From Hemiscyllium ocellatum (Eukaryota), in contig NC_083414.1 of the NCBI RefSeq assembly GCF_020745735.1, positions 34,782,001 through 34,846,000 of the forward strand: DNA of 64,000 nucleotides, written 5' to 3'. The position numbers were made by a program, and so were the translations under genes. Below, in pieces: positions 1 through 12,467 of this stretch (position 1 is its first letter; every line of letters starts with the position of its first letter). The notes beneath the pieces are model-generated. The model had not been told where the DNA came from. It ran no database searches and saw only the letters and a program-made list of their open reading frames with translations.

Positions 1-900
1 TCTGATTAGCAAGTTTACAGATGGAACTAAGATTAGCGGAGTAGCAGATAGTGAAGGGGACTGTCAGGTAATATAGTAGAATATAGACTGATTGGGGAGT
101 TAGGCAAAGAAACGGCAGATGCAGTTCAATCCAGGCAAGTGCAAGGTGATGGATTTTGAACTATCCAATTAAAGAGTGAACTATACAGTAAATGGAAAAG
201 TCCTGGGACAATTGATGTACAAAGAAATTTGGGTGTTCAGGTCCAGTGTTTCCTGAAGGTGGCAACGCTGGTCAATAGAGTGGTCAAGAATGAATACGGC
301 ATGTTTTCCTTCATCGAATGGGGTATTGAGTACAAGAGTTGGCAGACCATGTTACAGTCGGTTCGGCCACATTTGGAATACTGCGTACAGTTCTGGTTGC
401 CACATTACCAAAAGGATGTGGATGCTTTGGAGAGGGTGCAGAAGAGGTTCACAAGGATGTTGCCTGGTGTGGAGGGTGCTAGCTATGAAGAGAGGTTGAG
501 TAGATTAGGATTATTTCCATTAGAGTTGAGGGGGAATCTGATTGAGGGCTACAAAATCATGAGAGGTACAGACAGGATGGATAGCAAGAAGCCCTTTCTC
601 AGAGTGTGGGACTCAATTACTAAGGGTCACGAATTCAAAGAGAGAGGGGAAAAATTTAGGAGAGATATGTATGGAAAGGTCTTTATGCAGAGGATGGTGG
701 GTGCGTAGAATGTGTTGCCAGCGGAGGTGGTAGAGGCTGGCACAACAGCATCATTTCCGATGTATCTAGACAGATACATGAATGGGATGGGAGCACAGGG
801 ATACAGATCTTTAGAGAAAGGTGACAGGTTGAAATGGAGGATCTGGATCAGCGCAGGCTTGAGGGGCCAAAGGTGTAATTTTCTCTTTCTTTGTTCTTTG
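1..900 (+). mobile_element. CR1/HER1-type LINE, 3' part (decayed RT C-terminus, 3' UTR and tail)
   Basis: ORF 229-708 carries [12 protein letters not shown]...LERVQKRFTRMLPG, typical of the CR1 ORF2 C-terminus. Ends in a TTCTTTG-like tail. Confidence 0.9.
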
Positions 901-1144
901 AGGGTCCATTCAGATGTCAGACCTCCCTTGTTGCCTGAAAATGAATGCAAATAGTTTCCTGCATAAGTAGAAAATACTTTTGTTTTACACCTTCTGAGAA
1001 GCTCTGAGAAATGTCAAAATTCCAAAGTTTTGGTTTTCTTCCTGCAAAGACTGTGCAGAAATGATTTAGAACCTTTGCATGTAGTTATGGATGATTTCTT
1101 TTACAAATAAAGTATATTTTTGATACTAAGAAAAAAATCTCTTC

Positions 1145-1592
1145 CCACGCATGTGGGAGTATTGCAAAAAGGATGGGTTGCACCTAACCTGGAGGGCACC
1201 TTGCACAGAATGCCACAAGGGAGGGTTTAAACTAGTGTGACAGGGGGCTAGGAACCGGAGCAGGAGGTCAGGGTGTGGAGTGATTGAAGAAGAACGTAGT
1301 GGTTAAGTCAAGTAAGTCTAATAGGAAGACCAGGCAGGGCCAGGATAATGAATATGGCAGGACTGGCAGTCTGAAGGGCAAGACTAGCAGCTCAATGTTT
1401 CATGCATGGTGGAGAGGGATATAAAAGGGACTGATTAAGGAGAATGTCTCAGCTGCACTAAGAGAGGACATTTTAGAGGGCTAATCCAGCAAGGTCAAAT
1501 GGGTTGAACTTCGGAATAAGAAAGGTGCCATTACCATGAAGGGGTTATACTATAGGCCTCCCAATAGCCAGCAGGAGATAGAGGAACAGATT
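1145..1592 (+). mobile_element. Old CR1 LINE, ORF1 end and ORF2 endonuclease start (5' part of an interrupted element)
   Basis: KDGLHL (ORF1 esterase-like end), then WVELRNKKGAIT..GLYYRPPNSQQEIEEQI (APE endonuclease). Continues at 3231. Confidence 0.8.
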
Positions 1593-2211
1593 ATCTACAG
1601 ATTTAGTACCAGAGAACGGGAGGATTACAAATGTTGTGCCCAAGTTCAAGAAGGGAAGTAGAGATGACCCAGGCATTTATAGACCAGTGAGCCTTACATC
1701 TGTTGTAGGAAAAGTTTTGGAAAAGACTACAAGAGATAAGATTTATAATCAATTAGTGAGCAACAATTTGATTGCAGATAGTCAACATGGTTTCATCAAG
1801 TGCAGGTCATGTCTCACAAACCTCATTGAGTTTTTTGAGAAGGTGAGCAAGCATATGGATAAGAGTAGGGCAGTTGATGTGGTATACAAGGACTTCAGTA
1901 AGGCCTTTGATAAGGTTCGACATGATAGGCTGTTGGAGAAAATGCAGAGGCATGGATTAAGGGTGAGTTAGCAGCTTGAATTAGAAACTGGCTTTCTGTA
2001 AGGCGGCAGCAAATAGTGGTTGATGGAAAATTTTCAGCCTAGTGTCTGGTTAGTAGTGGGCAGTGTGGAAGAATGTTCAGGTCGCAGGGGAACTTGGATA
2101 AACTGCAGAATTGGGCTGAGAGGTGGTAAATGGAGTTAAATGCAAATAAATGTGAGGTGATTCACTTTGGGAAGAATAACAGGAAGGCAGAATACTGGGT
2201 CAATGGAAAGA

Positions 2212-2241
2212 TTAGGGTTAAGAGTTAGGGTTAGGGTTAGG
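2212..2241 (+). repeat. Short interstitial telomeric repeat (TTAGGG)n
   Basis: TTAGGG TTAAGAG TTAGGG TTAGGG TTAGG inside LINE coding sequence. Confidence 0.7.
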
Positions 2242-2829
2242 ATATGTGGATATGCAGAGGGATCTTGGAGTCCATGTACACAGATCCCTGAAAGTTGCCA
2301 TCCAGATTGATAGTGCTATTAAGACGGCAAACAGTGTGTTAGGTTTTAGAGGATTGAGTTCTGAGCCATAATGTCATCTTGCAACTATACAAAACACTAG
2401 TGCGGCCACACTTCGAATATTTTGTACAATTCTGGTCGCAGGAAGGATGTGGAAGCATTGGAAAAGGTGTAGAGGAGATTTACCAGGATGCTGTCTGGTC
2501 TGGACAGAAGGTCTTATGAGAAAAGGCTGAGAGACTTGGGTCTGTTCTCAGTGAAAAGAAGAAGGTTAAAAGGGGACTTGATACAGGCATACAAGATGAT
2601 CAGAGGATTAGATAAGGTAGACAGTGAAAGTCTTTTTCCTAGGATGATGACGTGGCTTGTACGAGGAGGCATAGCTACAGATTGAGGGGTAATAGAATTA
2701 AGACAGATGTCAGAGGCAGGTTCTTTACTCAGGAAGTGGTAAGGGTGTGGAATGCACTGCCTGCCAATGTAATTAACTTAGCAACATTAGTGAGATTTAA
2801 ACAATACTTGGATAAGCACATGGATGATA

Positions 2830-3130
2830 GGTTAGTACAGTTAGCTCAGTGGTTAGCACTATTGCCTCACAGCACCAGGGTCCCAGGTTCAATTCTAGCC
2901 TTGGGCGACTGTCTGTGTGGACTTTGCACATTCTCCCAGTGTCGGCGTGGGTTTTCTCTGGGTGATCCGGTTTCCTCCCACAGTCCAAAGATGTGCAGGT
3001 CAGGTGAATTAGTTGTGCTAAATTTCCCATAGTGCTAGGTGCATTAGTCAGAGGGAAATGGGTCTGGGTGGGTTCCTCTTTGGAGGGTCAGTGAGGACTG
3101 ATTGAGACACTGTAGGAAATCTAATCTAAT
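2830..3130 (+). mobile_element. HE1-type tRNA-derived SINE, full length
   Basis: A box (TAGCTCAGTGG), B box (GGTTCAATTC), V-domain-like core GGTTTCCTCCCACAGTCCAAAGATGTGCAGG, (CTAAT)n tail. Inserted in the GATGAT of the LINE 3' end. Confidence 0.9.
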
Positions 3131-3230
3131 GATGATGGGATAATGTCGGGGGATGGACTTAGATTAGTTCACAGGTCAGCGCAACATCGAGGGCTGAAGG
3201 GCCTGTTCTGCATTGTATTGTTCTATGTTC

Positions 3231-4148
3231 TGTACGTAAGTACATCATAGATAGATGTAAAAACAACAGGTTACTGCAATGGGTGATTTTAACTTCCCCA
3301 ATATTAACTGGGACTCCATTAGTTCCAGGAGTGTAGACGGGGCAGAATTTGTTAAATACATCCAGGAGGATTTTGTGAAACAGTATGTAGCTAGTCCAAC
3401 AAGGGAAGAGGCCATATGAGACCTTGTATTGGGGAGTTTGACTGGCCATGTGTTTGAGGTTTCACTGGGGGAGCGTTTTGGGAACAGTGATCATAATTCC
3501 ATAAGTTCTAAGATGGTTATGGATAAGGTCAAGATTGATCTGCTATATTGGGCGAATTATACCAGTATTATGCAGGAATTAGAGAAAATAGATTGGGGGC
3601 AACCATTTGGGGGTAAATCAACATCTCACATGTGGGATATTTTAAAGACCAGTTGATCAGAGTTCAGGACCCCAGCATGTTACTGTGGGGAAGAAGGATA
3701 AGGGTGGCAAGATTTGGGAACCTTGGATGATGAGAGATATTGAAAGATTAGTCAAAAGAAAAGGGAAGCATATGTAAGGTTTAGGAAACTAAAATCAGAC
3801 AAGGCCCTTGAGGAATATAATGGAAAGGAAGCTATTTTAACAAGGAGTTAGAAGGGCTAAAAGAGGTCATGAAATGTGCTTGGCACATTAAAACCAAGAG
3901 GGCAGCTAGGGAAAGGGCAGATCCAACTTAAGATCCAAGGAGGGAATTTAAGCATGGAACCAGAGAAAGTGGGTAATCCATAATGAGTATTTTGCATTGG
4001 TGTTCACTGAGGGAAGGACATGGATAATGGTAAGATTATGGAGGGGTATGTTGATGTTCTTGGGTGTGTCGATGTTAAGAAGTAGGAGGTGTTGGATGTC
4101 TTGAAAAATATTAAGGTAGTTAAAGTCTCCAAAGCCTGATGGGTTCTA
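3231..4148 (+). mobile_element. Old CR1 LINE ORF2, continuation (endonuclease to RT linker)
   Basis: MGDFNFPNINW and GERFGNSDHNSI endonuclease motifs. Ends at KSPKPDG. Confidence 0.85.
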
Positions 4149-4880
4149 AGAGAAAGTGAGGAATGCAGATGCTGGAGATCAGAGCTGAAAATGTGTTGCG
4201 GGAAAAGCGCAGCAGGTCAGGCAGCATCCAAGGAGCAGGAGAATCGATGTTTCGGGCATGAGCCCTTCTTCAAGAATGAGGAAAGCGTGCTAAGCGGGCG
4301 AGGACAAAAGGTAGGAAGGAGGGACTTGGGGAGGGGCATTGGAAATGTGATAGGTGGAAGGAGGTTAAGGTGAGGGTGGTAAGGTGAGGGTGATAGGCCG
4401 GAGTGGGGGTGGGGGCGGAGAGGTCAGGAAGAAGACTGCAGGTTAGGAAGGTGGTGCTGAGTTTGAGGGTTGGGACTGAGACAAGGTGGGGGGAGAGGAA
4501 ATGAGGAAACTGGAGAAACTGGAACCCTCCAACCACAAGAGATGAACTCAGATTTCTCCAGTTTCCTCATTTCCCCTCCCCCCACCTTGTCTCAGTCCCA
4601 ACCCTCGAACTCAGCACCACCTTCCTAACCTGCAATCTTCTTCCTGATCTCTCCGTCCCCACCCCCAATCCGGCCGATCACCCTCGCCTTATCACCCTCA
4701 CCTTAACCTCCTTTCACCAGTCACATTTCCAATGCCCTTCCCCCAAGTCCCTCCTCCCTCCCTGCCTGCTTAGCACACTTTCCTCATTCCTGAAGAAGGG
4801 CTCATGCCCGAAACGTCGATTCTCCTGCTCCTTGGAAGCTGCCTGACCTGCTGTGCTTTTCCAGCAACACATTTTCAGCT
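4149..4880. mobile_element. Penelope-like element family A: inverted terminal-repeat hairpin with 13-bp TSD
   Basis: Arms about 4177-4518 and 4552-4885 are reverse complements. CTGATGGGTTCTA is duplicated at 4136-4148 and 4881-4893. Each arm has a hammerhead motif. Confidence 0.85.
4786..4821 (+). ncRNA. Minimal type I hammerhead ribozyme motif, core intact (PLE family A)
   Basis: CUGAAGA-A-GGGC(UCAU)GCCC-GAAA-CG-UC. Stem III is reduced to the ACGU palindrome. Stem I is weak (AUUC/GAUU). Confidence 0.7.
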
Positions 4881-5350
4881 CTGATGGGTTCTATACCAGG
4901 ATACCGAGGGAGGCAAGGGCATTTCTGGAGCCTTGACAGAGAGCTCTGTATCCTCTTTAGTAATAGAGAAGGTCTTAGAAGACTGGAGAATAGCCACAAT
5001 TGTTCCTTTGTTTAAGAAGGGCAACAAGGATAATCCAGGAAATTATAGATAGGTGAACCTCACGCCAATGGAAGGGAAATTTTTGGAGAATATTTTTAGA
5101 GACAGGATTCACTCGCATTTGTAAAGGAATAGACTTGTTAAGGACACTCAGCAAGGCTTTGAGCAGGGGAAGTGATGTTTCACAAATTTGATTGGGTTTT
5201 ATGAGGAAATGATGAAGATGATTGATCAAGATAGGGCAGCGTACGTTGTTTATATGAAATTTACTAAAGTGTTTGACAAGGTCCCTCATGGTATAAAATC
5301 AGCATGGTCATTGAAGATAGAGGGTAGTTGTGTAAGCTGCCTAGCTCATG
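4881..5350 (+). mobile_element. Old CR1 LINE ORF2, RT fragment (third piece)
   Basis: EDWRIATIVPLFKKGNKDNPGNYR...FDKVPHG, with frameshifts and stops. Confidence 0.85.
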
Positions 5351-7564
5351 GCAAAAGATCAAAGAAACTCAACTGAATCCATGAAAATGTGTACAGTTCC
5401 TTTGGTCTTTTAGGCCCATCTTTTCTGACCATTTTGTGCTGTAAATTGACTTCACACCAGACTGAAGTCACTGGTACTGTGCAGTTTTAGGATCTATTCA
5501 GATCCTTGCCACTTCAGCATGATTAAAGCATCTGACAACAAATGGAGGTCCTAATACTGATTGTAACACCAGCTCTTATCAGGATCCCAATTAGTCTTAA
5601 TCAACACTCTCCTGATTTTTCACATACTCACTGCCGTTGGGTGTTACAGAGCAATTTTGTTTGTGATAAAGAAGATTAATTATGCATATTAACACTGTCT
5701 AGATATGGCTTTCAGCTCATGGAAAGATATAGAATTGGGCAGGCTTAGCAGAGTGTTATGGGACTATTGCTTGTAAAAGAAGACCTGCTAGAAACTATCA
5801 TCTGACCACAAACATTCAGTTGTACGATATGCAGATACTGAAAGCCAAGTCTTCTCAAAGAGTTAAACCACAGAAGGTACTGCAAAAAAAAAGTGTTCCT
5901 GTTTTCAACCAACCAATATACCTCTGCTTTTTGTACTACTGAAGCAGTAGCTTATTTTAAAGCATCTAAATATTTCGTTCATTTGTTACAGTTATTTGCC
6001 AAACCATGTTCATTATTAAAGTTGCATATGGTGTAGTTTGACAGCATTACCCAGCCTGCAGAACACTTCACCAAGAAAATACAAGTAGCCGATGCACAAA
6101 CCTTGTCTGTGCTTCTAACATTAATATGCACTGCAGCTTTAGAAAGTCAGAGAGCTGGTGAATACATAATTTAATTTATCAAAGCCTCCAGCATCATTTT
6201 AAGTAGAGGTTTACTATGAAATATATCAGATCTTTTTAAAAATTCAAGACGTACCTCACGTAATGCAACTTGTCTTTCATCATTCTATTTGCAAGCTCAA
6301 TTTCTTAACTGATGACATTTGCAGTTACCCAATGGAAATGTAAGCAAAATGATTCTGCACTACTCACCTGATGCACAAAGAAGCAACACCACACCATGAG
6401 GCACTTATAAGTGTTTTCAACAGCAAAAGAAACCTGAAAATTGTCTAATACTTTGAAGTGATGTTTGGAGCTTACTCTCAGCCAAAATTACCCCTAGCTT
6501 TCCCTTAGCTGCACTCCTCCCAAGGCAGCCGGAACAACAGGAAGTGAGACAGAAGCCTTTCACATCTATGGTTATCTGTATCTATACAGAGTGCAGATGG
6601 ACTGCAGAAGCCAGTAATGCAATTTTAGTGGTCTGCCAGGTGCACTTTAATTGTGTAAATGCTATTGCTGTCGAGAATATATTGAATATCCTTCCTTAAA
6701 ATTGCTGCATCCTTTGTATTGTTGGGCTGGACAGGCCTGTATGAAACGTAGCTAGCTTGAAATCCCCCAAGTCCTGATTCCTGACACTCGAGAGGAAGTT
6801 GAAGCAGGAGCAAGCTTAATTTGTGTTGGGATTGTTTGAACACGGGTCTTATTCTTTCAAAAGTATAATAGCCATGCAATAAGCATTTATCCTACTTATT
6901 TTTGTCGCGATAAACAATGTTTCTACGTTGCCAAGGAACTAAATAGATTTACTTTCTAAGATTTATAGAATGATTTCTGGACTGCATATCTGTTCCTGCA
7001 GTCAGTGCATCATTTCCTCTGAAGGCAGAGGGTCCTATATTACTTGTAGTTAAATTGCTTTTGGAATGTCATACATTTGAAACCCTCATGCTCAGCAATT
7101 AACAAGTGAGTTGATCTGAGTTGATGATGTTGAATATTTATATATCCTTCTCCAGTTCAGTGGATTCTTCATAATGGTACAACATCTAATATAAAACGTG
7201 TTCTTATAGTTTCAATTTTTGCTCAGACTGCAGCATTTTCAGGAACACACTCAAATGTGCATTGTTTGTAAGTATTTGAATATCGTACTTTGCATGCTTA
7301 ATTTTAAAAAATCTGTACACTAAAAACCTACTGGAATTGAATTTTCTTACAAATTATATATTTCAATTCCATATCTGAAACTGAAGATGTCTTCAAAGCC
7401 CAAATGAACCAATTATGTTGTGAACCTTTTAGAACAAAAGAAGGTTAATATAAATTTTTAGTCAGGATATCCATATCCCACCAAGAGAAGGAATTGCGTT
7501 AGGTAGGACCTGAAAATCCTGTTTTGAATGGTATCCTATTGCTGGCTGTTTTCAGCATGTTGGG

Positions 7565-8400
7565 TCAGAATTAGAATATCCTTCAATGTCATGTATACTC
7601 AAGGACAAAAGGACAGGAGTACAGAGACAATGTTGCCCCACATGGCACCATCTTAGATACAAAGTACCTAGGTACAAATCTTAGATAGAAAATACAGAAA
7701 TAAAGGTAATTAGGAAAAAAACGTTACATTACCTTACAGTTATTCATAGGGTAAGCTGGAAAAATGAGAAACAAAGTTAAAGAGATAAGCATTACAGATT
7801 TTCCATAAAGGGCCTGAAGTAGATCAATGCGTGGGGCTTCCACACATAGTCTGACCAGTCTCACAAGCTGCTGACCACTCACACTGTTCTCCAATCCAAC
7901 AACTGCCCAGCTCTGCTCAGGCCTCCAGTCCACTAAATGTAACTGTTCCACTTGAGCCTCTAGCCCGCTGGCTGTCCCTGCACCACTCAGGCCTCCAACT
8001 TGCCAGCCCGTCCCCACTTGGGCCTCCAACCAGTGGCCAACCCCCTCAGGCCTCCAACTAGTGGCTGTCCACCCTCAGGCCTCTAACCGCTGGCTGTCCC
8101 TGCACCACTCAGGCCTCCAACTTGCCAGCCCGTCCCCCCTCGGGCCTCCAACCAGTGGCCGTCCCTGCCCTGCTCGGGCCTCCAGCCTGCTAGCGGTCCC
8201 TCCTCAGGCCTGCAGCCGGTTGGCCATCCCCACGCCACTCAGGCCTCCAGCCCACTGGCCATCCTCACTCTTCTTTGGCTTCCAGCCCACTCTGTTTTAT
8301 AGGAAAACATCAAAAATGGGAAAAAAGGGGAAAAAGAGAAGAAAACTCAAATAAATGAAGGAGTGGAGAAGCTCTGGTTGACATCGCCGCTAACTTGACG
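7565..8400 (-). mobile_element. Non-autonomous retroelement with a Rex-Babar-like 3' tail and an internal minisatellite
   Basis: The minus-strand end TTGAGTATACATGACATTGAAGGATATTCTAATTCT resembles the tails at about 11770-11808 and 45460-45500. Pyrimidine-rich 5' part. Confidence 0.5.
7915..8290 (+). repeat. GC-rich minisatellite, about 27-30 bp unit (CTCAGGCCTCCARCYNGYGGCYGTCCC)
   Basis: About a dozen degenerate copies anchored on GGCCTCCA, with a higher-order repeat at 7957-8040 and 8077-8160. Confidence 0.8.
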
Positions 8401-8623
8401 TAAGAAAGATCAGCATTATTGTCTGTCCTCCATGCACCAGGTCGCTCATTAAAAGTCCACTGAGAAAGGCCAATTGGAATTTTTCAATCAGCCTTAAGTC
8501 TCCTGAACCAGCTGGAGACCCTTTAGATGCCCAGAAGTATGGAACTGGTGACAGGTCAAAGGCTTAACATTGCAGGCAGCCTAGGGCCACCCGTATGGGG
8601 GAATCTGCCTCCATGTCAATTAG

Positions 8624-8930
8624 GTTAGATTATCTACAGTGTGGAAGCAGGCCCTTCAGCCCAATAAGTCCACACCGACCCTCTGAACAGTATCCCACGC
8701 AGACTCATTTCCCTACATTTACCCCTGACGAATGCACCTAAGACTGTGGCAATTTAGCATGGCCAATCCACCTAACCTGCACATCTTTGGACTGTGGGAG
8801 GAAACCAGAGCATCCGGAGGAAATCCATGCAGACACGGGGAGAATGTGCAAACTCCACACAGACAGTCGCTCGCGGCTGGAATCGAACCCGGGTCCCTGC
8901 CTCTGTGAGGCTGCAGTGCTAACCACTGGG
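8624..8930 (-). mobile_element. HE1-type SINE
   Basis: Reverse complement of CAGTGGTTAGCACTGC...GGTTCGATTCC...CCCACAGTCCAAAGATGTGCAGG plus tail. Confidence 0.9.
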
Positions 8931-11284
8931 CATCTTTGTGAAAATCCCACCGAGTGGCTGATTCCTGCATCTTCAGGGTCAGGTTCACAATGTGGAAACT
9001 GTTCCCCTTCCACTTTCCATCCTGGGTGGGAAAAATCCAGCCCTTCATTTTTTCCAGTTCAGAAAATAGCTTGCCTGAAATGTCTAAGGATAAATGATGG
9101 TTCAAAAATGTTTCTAACAATTTTCTTAAAGTTATACAGCTGGTTAACTAATAAGTCAGTCTTGGAACCAAGACTAAGATATTCTGGGATCAATCCCAAA
9201 TGTACCAAGCCACATGATACTTAATCAAACCTTCACCTAAATATGTCAGTCATTAATGATAAGACATGCTGGAGCAGACAGCTTCAACATTTACCCTCCA
9301 ATTACTTCCATCAACTAATATTCCTGGATATTTCATCACAAGGCCTTTTACTTTCAACTGATCTTTCCCCATTCTCTAGCCCCTAATCTCTCAAAAAAAA
9401 TCCATTTACATAGCAAAGTCCCTTCCTACATTAAGTGGAAAAAAAACATTACCTAACTGGATGATTCATACGTATCAGATAGACAGACTTTGTTTTCCCC
9501 ATCTCCAATAATGTTATTACTAATAACAGAAATGAAAAAGATGAAAGTGTTAATTTTTTAATGCCTCACTGGTTTTCGTTAGGATTGCTCACTGCAATTG
9601 ATCAATATTGAGATCTTGAGATTAATACTCAATCCCAGCAGACTAGAGGCCAATAGTGGAGAGTTAACAGACTTCGTTCATGTGCCTTTCCTACATCCTC
9701 TCTTATACTGAGTATTCTTCGCCAGCGTTTGTGAATGTTGCTACCCGATGGGGTAATGAATGCTCACAAACAGGAACACAGCATTACAGTGCAACATCAC
9801 TCTCCAGTGATGGAGCAACAGAGTAATGTACTTTGTGTACCTCTGTTCAGCGTATGTATAATTTTGCTGCAACCTGTTTGTACTTTTTTTTCTTCAGTAA
9901 CGTGATGGCACTCAAACTAATAGTGCAATAAAGTGGATCCAAAACAGCCAAACCATTCACTGACTCAACTTTGGTCATTGTTTTTGAAAATGAATTATTG
10001 TGGTATAGCAGTCTGCACACATGCTAGCTTGAAAGTCATTGTGCACAAAATGCAATGACATCAGTAGCACTTGCATAGATAAAACCTGAAGCCTATCCCA
10101 GTCAACTAGCATCATGTGCCCCATCTGCACAAGCAGCACAGCCATTTTCACTGGTCATTTTGGAGTTTGGAGTAACAACTCTGTTAGAGAACAGATTATT
10201 CACTTGTTGCTTGGGGTTTGGAGCTACACTGAGGGAGAACACAATACTTCATAATATTTCATGTAAAAAACACACAGCAAAACTCATTCTGCAAATCTTA
10301 ATCTAAACGAGTCAACCCTTAATTCAGTCAGGAGACTTAATTAAGACACAATATTTGTTCCTTTACCTTTTCAAATGTTCTCTGACCTCCCATGTATTTC
10401 CATCTGTTTTTCACTTCAGTTTTATCGCTTGCCTTCCAATCTCTTTTGTCGTAGTCAGGGTTCCTTTTGCTATGTCCATTGTTATTCCCGATATCCTGGT
10501 TTATTTACAGGGAGTGGACCTTTACTTTGTGGCAATAGGTTTGGAACTGCACCAATCCCATTGTCCCTGAATTTCCTTCCATTATCTTGCATAGTGTAAA
10601 GCTCCTGGGAAATGCCTATTCAGTACTAGAAAACTATTGTGAAACTTTACCGTGATAAATATCTGCACCATACTTAATTTACAAATTCACAGTGGTTTGA
10701 ATTGGAAGGCATGATTAAAAAACGATGTAACTCTGCCCATATGTTCCAAAGGAGCAGTTCAACATGCTTCAACTGGTCTGGCCCTTCAATGATTGACAAC
10801 ATATTATAAAATAAGATATATTACAATTTGAAAGTAGAATCATGGCTGTCATTTCTCACTTTGTAAGTAAGAAACCAGAAAATATAGAATTATTCAACAA
10901 AATCTTATTGAGTTAATCCTTTATAAGCTCTGACCTAAAGGAGAATAAAATTTTGTCCATACATGTTCTAGTCTTTGACTGTGTAGGTCAATCGTTTTAT
11001 AAAATTAGTCTTATCATCAGGTCTTCTCTGACCAGGGAGATTTTTGGCTTGTGGTCATCTTTCTGTGTGTCTCTATCCTGTGCCAGTCTTTAAATTTGCC
11101 ACTAACCTCCTTCAACTTTTAGCCCGTCCAGCATTGATAATCTCTGCCGTCCTTCTCTTCCTTGAAATCTTTCACCATAACATCGCTTACAAGTCAGTTT
11201 CCTCTTAAGGCATGCCTTACCCAGACGCGGTCTGTTCCTGATTATGTTCAGCAAATGTCTTTTTTCATTCACCTTCCACATCAT

Positions 11285-11808
11285 TTCAGCACAACAATGC
11301 CTCGACTTCCTGAGGAGGCTAAAGAAATTCAGTATGCCTATAAAGACTTCCACCATTTTTTATAGATGCACCATAAAAAGCATTCTATCCAGACACATCG
11401 TGGCTTGATATGGCAACCACTGTGCTCAGGACCATAAAAACTACAGAGAGCTGTGAACACAGCCCAGTGCACCATGCAAACCTTCCATCCATTGACTCTA
11501 TCTATACTCCTTGCTGCCTTGAGAAGACAGCCAACATAATTAAAGAACCCACCCAGCTCAGTTATAATGTCTTCCAACCTCTTCTGTCAGGCTGAAAACA
11601 CAAAACAGGCTCAAGAACAGTGTCTTCCCCACTGTTATTAATGAACCTCTCAAGTTTTAAACTTCTCTGCAGCCACAACATTGTCTTCCTTGCTCTGTTC
11701 TATTACCATTATGCATCTTTGTATGGTATGATCTGCCTGTACTGCACACAAAACAAAATGTTTCATTGTACTTAGATACATGTAATAATAATAAATCAAA
11801 TCAAATCA
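11285..11808 (+). mobile_element. Rex-Babar/Rex1-type LINE 3' end
   Basis: AQQCLDFLRRLKKF...YRCTIKSILS...LPSIDSIYT..CLEKTANIIKEP...FQPLLSG, with a (AAATC)n tail. Confidence 0.8.
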
Positions 11809-12100
11809 CTTCATTCTTCCCCAAAACCACATTTCAAATCTAATTAGCAAATTGTTTTTTAATATAAAATCCAAGTGTCACATCAGACAAAACACTTCAA
11901 CTCACAAATCAAGCTCTTCACATGTACTTTGTTCATCCCCTGTCCCCAACTCAGACCACACTCCTAATTGTAATACCAGATTCTGTGTCTGCAAATATTT
12001 CTTTGATCATTGCTTTTACATAATGATGCGGACACTTGTTGAAACCCTCTTCCAAATACAATGGCTCTAACTACTCAGTGGCTATTCTTACTGTGGCTAT

Positions 12101-12234
12101 GATTTGGAGATGCTGGTGTTGGACTGGGTTGAACAAAGTTAAAAACTTTGTACCTGATGAAGGAGCGATGCTCCAAAAGCTAGTGCTTCCAATGAAACCT
12201 GTTGGACTATAACCTGGTGTTGTATGATTTTTAC
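12101..12234. mobile_element. PLE family B short hairpin insertion with a mutated hammerhead
   Basis: CTGATGAAGGAGCGATGCTCCAAAAGCTAGTG (G12 changed to A). Degenerate TSD CTTACTGTGGCTAT / CTTCCTGTGGCTGT. Confidence 0.75.
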
Positions 12235-12467
12235 CTTCCTGTGGCTGTTTGTGCCATGTATAGATATTTTATGAGTCATCTATTTCTCCAGTTTTTTCCA
12301 ACATCTTTCAGCACAGTCAAATGTCTAAGCTAACCAATCCAATTAATTGCCTTTTTAAAACTCAAGTTAGTTAGACCACTTTTGGAATACTGTGTGCAAT
12401 TCTGGTCTCCCTGCTACAGGAAGAATGTTGTGAAACTTGAAAGGGTTCAGAGAAGGATTTTGCCAGA

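Larger units (their letters stand above)
1593..3230 (+). mobile_element. 5'-truncated CR1/HER1 LINE nested in the endonuclease domain of an older CR1
   Basis: FKKGSRDDPGIYRPVSLTSVVGK...QHGF...DFSKAFDKV RT motifs and a GTTCTAT tail at about 3220-3230. The host element resumes immediately after. Confidence 0.88.

Noticed and set aside
9728-9755. Peptide FVNVATRWG resembling the glutathione peroxidase motif
   Set aside because: No catalytic Cys/Sec and no flanking similarity, so a chance match.
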